A stretch of 64,000 nucleotides of DNA, taken from contig FR890808.1 in NCBI GenBank assembly GCA_000433035.1, positions 525 through 64,524 on the forward strand. The letters are read 5' to 3'. Of this stretch, positions 9,870 to 19,775 are shown one piece after another. Under the pieces are notes generated by a model that worked only from the letters and a program-made list of their open reading frames with translations, was not told the DNA's origin and did not search any database. How positions within the stretch are numbered: position 1 is the first letter of the stretch; each line of letters begins with the position of its first letter. The position numbers were made by a program, and so were the translations under genes. This stretch comes from Staphylococcus sp. CAG:324. Its GTDB lineage: Bacteria; Bacillota_I; Bacilli_A; ML615J-28; CAG-313.

Positions 9870-10706
9870 TTAGGCTAAATAAATCATTTGATATATTGCA
9901 CAGGCATGGGTAAATTTTTGTAAATTTAACCCAGTTTCTTTAAAGATACTATCTAATTTATTGATAAGACTATTGCGATTCATATAAAGTAGTTTCGATG
10001 TTTGGGAGACATTTAAATCATTTTTAAACATTACACTGATGATTTCTCTTGTAGTAGCATCTTGGAATAAGGGGATAAGTAAATTATTTTTAAGTGCTTT
10101 TTTTAAATTTACATATTCACTCCTACCTAAACTTAAAATGATATCTGCTAAATCAGTATATGCCTTTTTATAAATACTCTCATTATCGTGATATGCTTTG
10201 ATATATTCTAAAATTTCTTCACCCCTATACCTATGATTGAAAATTAAACCCTCATGTAAAATAATATCATATCCCAAATCAACACTTAAAGTTTCAAATA
10301 AATCCTTAATTTTAGTTTGATTTTCTTCAAAAAAGCAAATATTTAAATGATAAAGCTCTAAAAAATAACAATTTTGATAAATATCAAATAACAGCTTTTG
10401 TGCAATATCCATATCTTCTTTATTGAGATGAAATACAATCATTCTAATTTTTTTAACTTTAAATGGATATTCTTTATTTTCTAAAAGGTATTCATAAATC
10501 TTTTGTAAATCATAATCATAAGTATACATTTTTTTCTCATTATAAAGTTCTTTTAATAAATAATATTCGTTTTGAGAAATTGTTTTAGAAATTGCAAAGA
10601 TGTCACAATTTGTTTTATCTTTATAAAAATAATAATAGTCATCCGTTATTTGTGTAACCTCTTCTTGCAATTTATCTTGATAAATATCTTTTAATCTTGA
10701 AAGCAT
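9870..10706 (-). CDS. PucR/CdaR-like transcriptional regulator (C-terminal HTH)
   Basis: C-terminal LNVSQTSKLLYMNRNSLINKLDSIFKETGLNL resembles the PucR HTH_30 domain. The start is ambiguous (ATG at 10706 or 10718; the ORF track extends to 10793). Confidence 0.55.
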   Translation of the reverse strand: MLSRLKDIYQDKLQEEVTQITDDYYYFYKDKTNCDIFAISKTISQNEYYLLKELYNEKKMYTYDYDLQKIYEYLLENKEYPFKVKKIRMIVFHLNKEDMDIAQKLLFDIYQNCYFLELYHLNICFFEENQTKIKDLFETLSVDLGYDIILHEGLIFNHRYRGEEILEYIKAYHDNESIYKKAYTDLADIILSLGRSEYVNLKKALKNNLLIPLFQDATTREIISVMFKNDLNVSQTSKLLYMNRNSLINKLDSIFKETGLNLQKFTHACAIYQMIYLA

Positions 10707-10873
10707 CTTAATCACCATATTCCTAACATATATATTATACAATAAATTTCTACCTTTTTCAAGCAAACCAATTATGTTAACTTTTGAATTCATTATTTTA
10801 CTTCCATAATATGACTTTATTTGCTACTTTCATTTGTTAAAATACTCATACCATACTAAAAGGGGGCATATAT

Positions 10874-11185
10874 ATGGACGAAATATCACCAATTAAATTT
10901 TTTAAATATTATCAAAAAAACATCAATTTCAAAATTATTGATATTAGAGATACAAGAGATTTTGAACTTTATCATATTGTTGATTCTATTAATATACCAT
11001 ATAGTATTTTAATTGAAAAACATCATTTATTTTTAAATTGTAATCATACTTATTTTATTATTTGTAAAAATGGAAATACTAGTTATCATGCTTGTAAGTT
11101 CTTATCCAGACTTGGTTATCATGTTATCAATGTAATTGGCGGAATTGATCATTTTATGGGAGCTGTTGTCACCAAATATGCTTAA
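10874..11185 (+). CDS. Rhodanese-like domain protein
   Basis: IIDIRDTRDFELYHI..SINIP and active-site loop CKNGNTS. RBS AAAGGGGG. Confidence 0.85.
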   Translation: MDEISPIKFFKYYQKNINFKIIDIRDTRDFELYHIVDSINIPYSILIEKHHLFLNCNHTYFIICKNGNTSYHACKFLSRLGYHVINVIGGIDHFMGAVVTKYA

Positions 11186-14100
11186 CACGTAACTTTTTTA
11201 AATTCTTGTTTATAAATGGAATATAAATAAGTATCAATCTTTTTGTTTGAAACCCTCATCATATAATTTTTATAAACAGAAAGTTGTTTGGTATAGGCAA
11301 TATCATCTAAACTGCTAAGTTTATAATCAATAATGTAAATGCAATCTTTCGTTTCAATGATTAAATCTATGATTCCCTCTATTCTGTTTGCTCCTTCCTC
11401 ATAAGAAAACGCATACTCGTGATAGTGCTGAAGGATTTGTTTTTCTTTGATGAAAGAACTTTCTAAAAAAGCAATAATAAGATGTTTTACCTTTTCACTG
11501 ATATGAAGATGCTGAACATTCACACTTGACATATTTGATAATTCTAAAGCTTTATGAAAATAATTACCAAGTTGTATTATTTCTAATTCTTCTTTATCTC
11601 TAAAGAAAATAGATTCTTTAGAAGCCTGAATTTTATGAAGGCTTCTTTTTTTAAGACTCGTATCAAAAAAAGAAAATTCTTTATAATCTATCCTATCAAT
11701 AGGCTCATCTATTGTATCCTTACTTATAGAATGATATTCTTTTACCATATTGATAAATTGTAAATCTACTTCTTCTTCTAAAGACTGTAATTGAGGAGCA
11801 ATCAAATTGAGTAAATCATAAAAAGAACGAATTTGTAATTTTTTTTCTTCTATTTCATCTTTTGAATAAACGATATCGTTACGAAATTTTGGCAATACTA
11901 AGATTGCTTCTTCTTTTGGTCTTGTCAATGCTACATACAATAATCGAATTCTTTCACTAATTTCTTCTTTTAAATAATCATTTTGTTCTAAAAATTTAAG
12001 TGGATTGGTTAAAAATAATCCATTAAGATAAATGGGCATAATAATTTGATAATTTTTACTATACAAAAAGTTACCTTTCAAATCTTGTAAATTAAATTTT
12101 TTATATAATTCTGGAAAAAAACAAATAGGAAATTCTAATCCTTTTGAAGCATGGATAGACATCATTTTTACTGCTTGATTATCAAGTGATTCTTTTTTAG
12201 TCATTTTGATAGCAAATTTCTCTTCTTCATTCACTAAAAGAGCAAAATAATTGATAACATCTATGAAACTATATTCTAGTAATGATAGACTATCTATAAT
12301 GTTATACATATATAAAAGACACGATTCAGCTTTTTCTACATGATATAAATGTATCATTTTAATATATATATCAAATTGTTGATAAACTAACTGCATACAT
12401 TGCTTAAGCGTGCATACATCAAGTTGCATCGCAATTGTTTCAAATTGATTAAATAATGCTAGATTGTATTCTTTTAATGAAGCTAAAATATGATTTGATG
12501 TTATAATTTTAGTAATATCATCATCATTCATCTCTACTAAATAACTACGCAAAACCGAAGTGAGTGCTCTTTTTAAATGATGACTAGCATAATTTTGATC
12601 ATAAAAAGAATAAATAACTTTCAAAAGATTATATATAGCATATATCTCTCCGCCAGCTGTAAAGTCTTGATCTTTATAAATCTGAAGAGGAATTCCTTGA
12701 TATTCAAAAATTTTTTTATACAAATCATACTTATCTTTAGAACTAGTTAAGATTGCAAAATCTTGGTAAGTTACAAGACGATTGTCTTTGATATTTTTAT
12801 CAAAGATTTTTTTTTGATTGACCATTTGTTTGATTTTTTCAGCAATAAGAAACGCTTCTATTTCTGCTTTGGAATAAGGATTCTTTTCATCTACATCGTA
12901 TGTATATATCTTTGTTTGATAATCAGATGCCTGAAATGTATCATAGGTTTTAAAACCATAGTTTAAATAATGTGCATCATTATAATCTACTCCACCTAAA
13001 TCTAGGCTCATTACATTTTGAAAAACCAAATTAACAAAATCTAAAACTTCTTTTCGTGAACGAAAGTTTTGCGTTAAATCAATTACACCGGTTTCTTTTA
13101 ATTTTTGATATTTATTTTTAAAAATATCGGGATTAGCATTTCTAAATCGATAAATAGATTGTTTGACATCACCTACCATATAAACGTTGTTATCGGCAAT
13201 TAACTCTACAAGTCTTTCTTGAATATCGGAAGTATCTTGATATTCATCAATTAAAATTTCTTTTGTATGCTTCTTTATACTATTTCGAAGTTCTTCATTT
13301 TCTTCTAATAATTGGATGGCCATTTGAGCAATATCATTAAAATCATACGCATGATGTTCATATTTATATTGATTTAAAGCTTGATCTAATTTTAACAAAA
13401 TTTGAACTACCATACTAACACAAGGTTTTGTCGTCAAATACAGCTGCCTTAAATTTTTAGAACTTTCATAAACAAATAACTCTTTCATACTTGCTATTTG
13501 CGTTTTTATTTCTTCATAAATTGTCCGATATGGTTCTTTTTCTTCTTCATACTCTACTTTAGAAGGTAATTTGGCAAATTGATATGTTGTCAAAAAGAAA
13601 TAATCATCATAACTAGTTGCACTTTTTAATCTTTGACCTAATTCTACCAATCCTTCATAATGGGTTTTCAGACTAATAGATGCCGTATAATTATGTAATG
13701 ATTGGATTTTATTTTCAATCTGTGCTGTTTTTTCTTGCAAAAGTTTGTATAATTCATTTAAGATTTTAATAATAAATTTTTCACTAAAATATTCTTCATT
13801 GTTCATTAAGATCTTTTGATAATTAGGAACTAAAACTATTTTATGGTACAGTTCTATTAAATTATGTTTTAAGACTTCATCATCTTTAGTTGTATATTGA
13901 TAAAGTAACGTCAAAAAGGAAGGATTTTCTTCTTGATACAATTGATTAAAAATCTCATTTAATAAATCTAAGGAAATCATTTTAAAAGTAATTTGATCAA
14001 CTACATTGATTTGGCTATTTATATTAAGCAGATAATGATACTTTCTAACCAATTCATTCACAAAGGCATCAAATGTTTGAATATTGGCTTGATCAATATA

Positions 14101-14355
14101 TAACAATGCTTCTTGTGAGAAAGGACTTTTGCTTTCTTTTAGCTTTGTTCTTAATCTTTCTTTCATTTCGCTAGCCGCAAGAGTCGTAAATGTTAAAACA
14201 ATGAGTTCATTGAGTTTCACCCCTGCTTCAATTTTTTGTAACAATCGCTGTGTTAAAACTGCCGTTTTGCCACTTCCCGCTCCTGCATTTACTAAAATAT
14301 CTTTGCCTTCATCATAAATCGCTTTGAATTGTTCAGCACTCCAATTGATCATCAT
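11182..14355 (-). CDS. addA: ATP-dependent helicase/nuclease subunit A
   Basis: UvrD-type helicase with Walker A GAGSGKT, DEYQDT and C-terminal RecB nuclease motif GIIDLI...IIDYK. The start ATG at 14355, with RBS GGAGG, lies inside the addB 3' end. Confidence 0.9.
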   Translation of the reverse strand: MMINWSAEQFKAIYDEGKDILVNAGAGSGKTAVLTQRLLQKIEAGVKLNELIVLTFTTLAASEMKERLRTKLKESKSPFSQEALLYIDQANIQTFDAFVNELVRKYHYLLNINSQINVVDQITFKMISLDLLNEIFNQLYQEENPSFLTLLYQYTTKDDEVLKHNLIELYHKIVLVPNYQKILMNNEEYFSEKFIIKILNELYKLLQEKTAQIENKIQSLHNYTASISLKTHYEGLVELGQRLKSATSYDDYFFLTTYQFAKLPSKVEYEEEKEPYRTIYEEIKTQIASMKELFVYESSKNLRQLYLTTKPCVSMVVQILLKLDQALNQYKYEHHAYDFNDIAQMAIQLLEENEELRNSIKKHTKEILIDEYQDTSDIQERLVELIADNNVYMVGDVKQSIYRFRNANPDIFKNKYQKLKETGVIDLTQNFRSRKEVLDFVNLVFQNVMSLDLGGVDYNDAHYLNYGFKTYDTFQASDYQTKIYTYDVDEKNPYSKAEIEAFLIAEKIKQMVNQKKIFDKNIKDNRLVTYQDFAILTSSKDKYDLYKKIFEYQGIPLQIYKDQDFTAGGEIYAIYNLLKVIYSFYDQNYASHHLKRALTSVLRSYLVEMNDDDITKIITSNHILASLKEYNLALFNQFETIAMQLDVCTLKQCMQLVYQQFDIYIKMIHLYHVEKAESCLLYMYNIIDSLSLLEYSFIDVINYFALLVNEEEKFAIKMTKKESLDNQAVKMMSIHASKGLEFPICFFPELYKKFNLQDLKGNFLYSKNYQIIMPIYLNGLFLTNPLKFLEQNDYLKEEISERIRLLYVALTRPKEEAILVLPKFRNDIVYSKDEIEEKKLQIRSFYDLLNLIAPQLQSLEEEVDLQFINMVKEYHSISKDTIDEPIDRIDYKEFSFFDTSLKKRSLHKIQASKESIFFRDKEELEIIQLGNYFHKALELSNMSSVNVQHLHISEKVKHLIIAFLESSFIKEKQILQHYHEYAFSYEEGANRIEGIIDLIIETKDCIYIIDYKLSSLDDIAYTKQLSVYKNYMMRVSNKKIDTYLYSIYKQEFKKVTC

Positions 14356-16762
14356 CGCTTCCTCCTTCAAAAAGGTATGAAAAATCATCATGTTTTTTAT
14401 AAACTTTTTTCATTGTTTCATTTCTATAACAAAGATCTTTTAACCTACAATATCGACAAACAGACTCATTTTTTTCATCTGTCAGTGGTAAAATGGGAAA
14501 AAGCCCTTTTCTAATTTTCTTATTTGCTTCAAAAATCAACTTTTCGACATATAAAATGATAGCATCAAATTGAGTTTGAGTAAAAGATTTCTTTAAAAAG
14601 TTTTTATAAAAACCTTTATTAGACACAATTTGTTTAGGCAAACTACCACTCCCATTTAAAGCATTGGTATCAATTGCTAAAATAACATCCCTATCTTGTA
14701 AAGTATATCCTACATATTTTAATTGTTCTAACATTACTTTTGATAAAGGTTTATCCTCATATTTTAAAAGGCTGGTGCGAAAAACGCTTTGTAAATAGCT
14801 TCCAGCAATCTTTGCGTTAGGATCATTTGCTTTGATTAAATATAGATATAGTGGCAATTGCAAATCGAGACCTACATCAAGAGCATACCAATTCGGATGA
14901 ACTGGATTTGTTTTATAATCAATGACCAAGTAATACTCTTGATATTTTAGGATTTTATCAATCAACCCAACTACTACCGTGTAATCATCGAGTTGCTTTT
15001 CTAATTTTTGTTCAAGACCTAAGACTTCAAAAGAAGAATGATCCATAAAATCCATTATAATTTCTACAATGAGTTTTAACTCTTCACTAAATTTATTTAA
15101 ATAAAATTTTAATTTATCTTTTATTTCATATGTTTGATTTTTCACAAAATCACAAATATACACACTGATATTTTCTAAAACTTCTTCTTTTGTTCTACGA
15201 TCAATATATCTTTTTGCCACAACTTTTTCTAAAACAAAATGATACATCCTACCAACAAATGTGCTATTATTATCTTCCATCTTTTCTTCAATGTTCAAAA
15301 TATATTTAAGATAGAAACGAAAAGGACAACTAAAATAATCGTTTAATTTTGTATAGGATAGCTCCATAAATAAAGTTGGTAAAGCCAAGTAATCTAAAGT
15401 CGCATTAAAATCACTTTGATAACGTTTTGTTAAATCATCACAAAAATAAGTATAGCCATAAAGATAGTCAAAAGTTTTCTTTTGGTATAATCGATATAAC
15501 GCATAAGCTTTAAAAAATCTCATCTTTGCCATATCTTCATTGACAATATGATAAATATGAATCGATGCATCGCAAATATTAACAATCCTTTTTTTGGCAA
15601 GTTCCTTAATCAAATTGCTAGGCATATAAATTTTAGAAGAACAATATGTGGAATAACTTAAATGGATAGATTCATAACTATGAATACAATCAAGTATTTT
15701 CTTTTCCTCAATTTGCGTTTTATCAAAACTCGTTAATAATTTTAAGTTTTTTCTTATCTTATCGTTTAAATACGTATCATCTTTATAAATATGGGCAATT
15801 TCACCATGACTAAAATTCATAATAAAAATATGTGTATCATCATCATAGATGTGATTCAAAACATTTTCAATTTTGATTGCATTGGTAACTTCTTCTTGAT
15901 AAATTGTATGGATAAAAACATCTTTGATTAAATCTAGAGTAATGGAATTGATTGTTAAATCTAACATAATAAGGGGTTCTAACACTTTACCTATCTTGGA
16001 AAAAATTTTGTTATCTTTTTTATCTATAAGATAATCTTTTAACACTTTATTTAGTCGCATTGCTTCATAATTTTTTAAATCATGAAAAAAATTTTTAACA
16101 ATATCTACGTCAAAAAAAGAACCTTCCCCCTCAACAATATAATCAATTTTATATATCATCAAATATTCTTCTAACTTATTTAAGTAATCTTTATTTACTT
16201 TATGAATAACAATTTTAGCAGGATCCACTTTCTTATTTAACAAAATAGCAATATGATTGACCACCTCTAATATCTCATCATCATAATTTTCAAAATGAAA
16301 AATGGTCAATTCTTTGTCTATACTATTTGTTGTAAAACATCGTTCATAGTGTTTTAAAAATGGCAACATTTGATTAATTAAATCATCATCCCCATAATAA
16401 TTAACAAAATAAACTTTTTTACTTTTATAATAGGACAAATGATTTTCATCTAAGATCAAATGGTTGTTTTGATGATAAAGATATAACTCATGAAGAAAGG
16501 GCTCATTACTATCTTGTTGAATAAAATAACTATTTGCAAGTTTGATTCGCAATACTTCTAAATTTGTATCTTCCTTCATATTATGAAATAACATTTGATA
16601 ATCAATTGTGGTATAAATATCATCTTTTACTTCATCAAAACTCTTAAATGTAATTTTTCGCATTTGATTAGAAAACTTCTGAATTAAGATTGGTTTGATA
16701 TATTTATTTGATACAATAATGATATCTTCTTCTTGTCCAATATGTTCTATTAACTTTTCCAT
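14333..16762 (-). CDS. addB: Helicase-nuclease subunit B (AddB type with Fe-S nuclease domain)
   Basis: FSCPFRFYL ... LIDKI..YLVIDYKT ... CRYCRLKDLC, i.e. a RecB nuclease motif plus a 1+3 Cys cluster typical of AddB. Immediately upstream of addA and overlapping it. Confidence 0.85.
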   Translation of the reverse strand: MEKLIEHIGQEEDIIIVSNKYIKPILIQKFSNQMRKITFKSFDEVKDDIYTTIDYQMLFHNMKEDTNLEVLRIKLANSYFIQQDSNEPFLHELYLYHQNNHLILDENHLSYYKSKKVYFVNYYGDDDLINQMLPFLKHYERCFTTNSIDKELTIFHFENYDDEILEVVNHIAILLNKKVDPAKIVIHKVNKDYLNKLEEYLMIYKIDYIVEGEGSFFDVDIVKNFFHDLKNYEAMRLNKVLKDYLIDKKDNKIFSKIGKVLEPLIMLDLTINSITLDLIKDVFIHTIYQEEVTNAIKIENVLNHIYDDDTHIFIMNFSHGEIAHIYKDDTYLNDKIRKNLKLLTSFDKTQIEEKKILDCIHSYESIHLSYSTYCSSKIYMPSNLIKELAKKRIVNICDASIHIYHIVNEDMAKMRFFKAYALYRLYQKKTFDYLYGYTYFCDDLTKRYQSDFNATLDYLALPTLFMELSYTKLNDYFSCPFRFYLKYILNIEEKMEDNNSTFVGRMYHFVLEKVVAKRYIDRRTKEEVLENISVYICDFVKNQTYEIKDKLKFYLNKFSEELKLIVEIIMDFMDHSSFEVLGLEQKLEKQLDDYTVVVGLIDKILKYQEYYLVIDYKTNPVHPNWYALDVGLDLQLPLYLYLIKANDPNAKIAGSYLQSVFRTSLLKYEDKPLSKVMLEQLKYVGYTLQDRDVILAIDTNALNGSGSLPKQIVSNKGFYKNFLKKSFTQTQFDAIILYVEKLIFEANKKIRKGLFPILPLTDEKNESVCRYCRLKDLCYRNETMKKVYKKHDDFSYLFEGGSDDDQLEC

Positions 16763-16825
16763 ATACATTCCTTTTACTTTGCTTCTTTACATCATTATAA
16801 CACAATTGTTGAGGAAAGTCCAAAT

Positions 16826-16857
16826 ATAAAAAACCTTTTTATTCTCTAAAAAGGTTA
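16826..16857 (-). terminator. Intrinsic terminator of spoIIE
   Basis: AACCTTTTT-agagaat-AAAAAGGTT followed by TTTTTAT on the minus strand. Confidence 0.65.
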
Positions 16858-16869
16858 AAAGATTTGTCT

Positions 16870-19104
16870 TTATTTTTGTTTTTGAATTTTTAAAACAATA
16901 ATTGTCATATCATCTTTGGCTTTCATATCATGAGTCGTTGTGTAATTCAAAATTTCATAGACTAGTTGTTGAGGAAGTAGATTACTAGATGATTGAATAA
17001 AACTTTCTAATTGGTCATTGTCAATTAAATTTTCTAATACGCCATCACTACTCATAATAATTAAATCGCCATCTTCTAAATTATACGTTTTTTGATCAAC
17101 TTCCTCATCAATACCAAGTGGTAAACTTTTATTAATAATTTTTTCAACATTTCCGTTTTGTTTAAAAATATAGGTAGTATTCGCCCCCATTTTGTAAAAA
17201 GTAGCCAATCCACTGTGGCGATTAATATCTAAAAAATCAAGTGTAGCATAACGTTCTAAATAATCTTGAACAGTATAAAAAGTATTTAAGATTTCTAACG
17301 CAGTTGATGATTCAATATTCAAATGAACAATATCTTCTACTAAATGAAGGGTCATATCACTTTCATAAAAAGCACTGTAACCTTTGCCCATACCATCTGA
17401 AATAGCAAATAGAATATGACCATTATCTTGTTCTTTAACTAAATAATTATCCCCACTAATTGTTTGACTATCTGCAGGAATATTACCATAAGCATAGATG
17501 ACATCTATGATTAATTTAGGCATAATATGAATATACAAAGTTGTATTTTCTTCAGATATTAGTTCTACACTAACTTCTTCCTCAACAATGGTTTCAAATA
17601 AAGTGGTTAAAATAGTTTTAATTTTATCAAAACTAGTATTTTTAATACCAATTTTTATCAAAAAATCATGTTCATAACATCTTGCAATTTCATAGTAAGT
17701 AACATAATATTCTAATTCTATTAAATAACTTTTGGCTTTATATAAATTTTGATAATTGAGTTCTGTTTTACTAGTTGTGTCAACAACATAATTTTTAAGT
17801 GCATTAGACACACCGCTAATTTGTGCTAACAATATGTAATTATTTGCATCTTTTTCATCACTATTTGGATCTTTATAATTGATTCGTTCATTTAATAATT
17901 TTGATGTATTTAAAATGGATGGATATTTATAACAGGTTTTGGCAAAATCTTCATAATTATAAATAGCATCTTCATCCATCATTAAGATATCTTTAAAAAT
18001 AGGATAGAGTGAGGATTTATTTTGACTAAAACAGACTTTTTGATTTGTACAATTTTTACAATGTTTATCAACAATTGTTTTAATTCCACTGCTTAATTTT
18101 TCATTAAAACCTTTAGGATTTTGGAAACCAATAACAAAGCGATCTAAGAAGCCCGCAAATTTCAAAATTTCTTCGTTGACACTTTTTTGAGCAGTTTGAT
18201 GAATTTCTTTATATTCATCAATATCTTCAGGTTGCACTTTGATAAATATATATGACAAAACCTCAAATATAATGCTTAGCCCCATAATAGAGATATATAC
18301 TGCTTGATTTTGAGTGGCATTACTGAAAATGATAATTGCCAAAAAAGCATTTAAAATGCCAATAGTGTAAACACTTCTAACCGAATATACGCCAGATACT
18401 ACAATAATAATTAAACTTTCATCAATTTTAAAGAAAACATATTCGAGAAAAACAATAACAAGACTATACAATAAACTATAAATATTTTTAAATTTTCGGC
18501 TCAAATACATTGCAAAATAACAACCCACAATAATGGATAAGTTTACATTGAACACCTCAATATAGGTTGCACCAATCGTTGTTAAGATACATATTAAAAT
18601 TTCTAAATAAATATATGAGTGAAAACTTTTATTATCATTAATAAAAAATCTTTCTTTAATGTTTTTAATATCTTTTAAAAGTTTATATAAATAAACATCT
18701 AAAAATAGGTAAATTAAAATACTTAACAAAGTAAAGATAAGTTTACCAAAAATGTTAATGTTAGATTTAGGATACAAAAAAAAGCTAACTACATTTATAA
18801 CTAAAATAAAAGCCGATATAATTATATTAGGTTTTGTAACTAATATATTATCTTTATTCACACCCATTTTAAATAAAAATAAGAAGATAGTTACAAGCAC
18901 AATTAAAACCAAATAACCAATAATAAATTCTTTTGAAAAAAGTAAAATACTTAACAAAGAAACTGGATATATATAATACATATTTCTTTTATCTTTAAAT
19001 AGATAAAATAACATAACAGGTAAATATAAAGAAAATAGATAACCTCCATGAATAGTCAATATTAAAAAGAAGGCTACAATAATCATATTCATTTTTTTTA
19101 GCAC
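16870..19104 (-). CDS. spoIIE: Stage II sporulation protein E-like PP2C phosphatase with about 10 N-terminal TM segments
   Basis: Polytopic N-terminus. C-terminal PP2C motifs FAISDGMGKG, IIMSSDGV and DDMTIIVLK. GTG start with RBS AAGGGGGGAAG. Confidence 0.85.
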   Translation of the reverse strand: MLKKMNMIIVAFFLILTIHGGYLFSLYLPVMLFYLFKDKRNMYYIYPVSLLSILLFSKEFIIGYLVLIVLVTIFLFLFKMGVNKDNILVTKPNIIISAFILVINVVSFFLYPKSNINIFGKLIFTLLSILIYLFLDVYLYKLLKDIKNIKERFFINDNKSFHSYIYLEILICILTTIGATYIEVFNVNLSIIVGCYFAMYLSRKFKNIYSLLYSLVIVFLEYVFFKIDESLIIIVVSGVYSVRSVYTIGILNAFLAIIIFSNATQNQAVYISIMGLSIIFEVLSYIFIKVQPEDIDEYKEIHQTAQKSVNEEILKFAGFLDRFVIGFQNPKGFNEKLSSGIKTIVDKHCKNCTNQKVCFSQNKSSLYPIFKDILMMDEDAIYNYEDFAKTCYKYPSILNTSKLLNERINYKDPNSDEKDANNYILLAQISGVSNALKNYVVDTTSKTELNYQNLYKAKSYLIELEYYVTYYEIARCYEHDFLIKIGIKNTSFDKIKTILTTLFETIVEEEVSVELISEENTTLYIHIMPKLIIDVIYAYGNIPADSQTISGDNYLVKEQDNGHILFAISDGMGKGYSAFYESDMTLHLVEDIVHLNIESSTALEILNTFYTVQDYLERYATLDFLDINRHSGLATFYKMGANTTYIFKQNGNVEKIINKSLPLGIDEEVDQKTYNLEDGDLIIMSSDGVLENLIDNDQLESFIQSSSNLLPQQLVYEILNYTTTHDMKAKDDMTIIVLKIQKQK

Positions 19105-19141
19105 TTTAAACTTCCCCCCTTTTTTAAAGCGTGTGTCATCT

Positions 19142-19174
19142 ATTATATAATATTGTTTTGTCAGAAAAAGCCAA
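19142..19174 (-). promoter_or_regulatory. Candidate spoIIE promoter with an over-long spacer
   Basis: Minus strand TTGGCT (19169-19174), 21 nt spacer, TATAAT (19142-19147), about 35 nt upstream of the GTG start. Confidence 0.3.
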
Positions 19175-19215
19175 AAAAAGTTTTATAAAAGAAATTCAAC
19201 AATGTTTAAAAAGAA

Positions 19216-19253
19216 AACATGAAAAATAAAGGTAACCTTTTACTTTTCATGTT
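19216..19253. terminator. Long imperfect hairpin with flanking A and T runs (bidirectional terminator shape)
   Basis: AACATGAAAA..AAAGGT a ACCTTT..TTTTCATGTT. It lies about 290 nt downstream of the DUF951 stop on the minus strand. Confidence 0.5.
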
Positions 19254-19542
19254 CTTTATTTTAATTTACAAACCGTAAAATAAGACTTACTAACAACGAT
19301 ACAACTACGACTTATAATTGTTTGAATTGTTTTTTCATTGTATTTATTTGGATAGTATAAAACTATCCTACAAAGGAGGTGGCAAAAAACTTCTAATCAA
19401 AACATCGACAAAATACATTCCTTCATTGACATCTTTCGTTATTCGTTTTATTGAGCACTTTTTACTTTACCAATGCATTGCAACATTTCATAACGATCTT
19501 CTTTTAATCATAGGCAAATGAGAAAAGAAAGATGCATCTTTT

Positions 19543-19770
19543 CTATGTATCTTTTTTATTCTCTTTTATTACAGATTGGCTATGTTGAATCACTTCTTTT
19601 GCCTTTTTAATAACTTCTAATCTTGGAATCATAATCACTCTACCACATGTGGTACATTCTAATTTAAAGTCAATTCCAATTCTTAATACCTTCCATGTAT
19701 TTGATCCACATGGATGATTTTTTTTAAATTTTAAAAAATCACCAATTTCAATTGTAGTTGCATCAACCAT
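19543..19770 (-). CDS. DUF951 family protein (YyzM-like)
   Basis: FKKNHPCGSNTWKVLRIGIDFKLECTTCGRVIMIPR closely parallels B. subtilis YyzM as I recall it. Start trimmed to the ATG at 19770. Confidence 0.8.
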   Translation of the reverse strand: MVDATTIEIGDFLKFKKNHPCGSNTWKVLRIGIDFKLECTTCGRVIMIPRLEVIKKAKEVIQHSQSVIKENKKDT

Positions 19771-19775
19771 ATCTC

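Noticed and set aside
16811-16821. GAGGAAAGTCC, identical to the start of the RNase P RNA P4 consensus (GAGGAAAGUCCGGGC).
   Set aside because: The intergenic space is only about 100 nt and the match stops after 11 nt (followed by AAAT). There is no room for a ~350-400-nt RNase P RNA.
19404-19410. 0A-box-like TGTCGAT on the minus strand.
   Set aside because: It is a single 6/7 match about 300 nt upstream of the spoIIE start. That is too far away and too weak to call a Spo0A site.
19318-19521. 67-aa + strand ORF in the spoIIE upstream gap.
   Set aside because: The AAAGGAGGTG motif lies inside the ORF rather than upstream of its start. There is no RBS at its ATG, and it runs on the strand opposite to all neighbours. 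Probably a chance ORF in AT-rich DNA.
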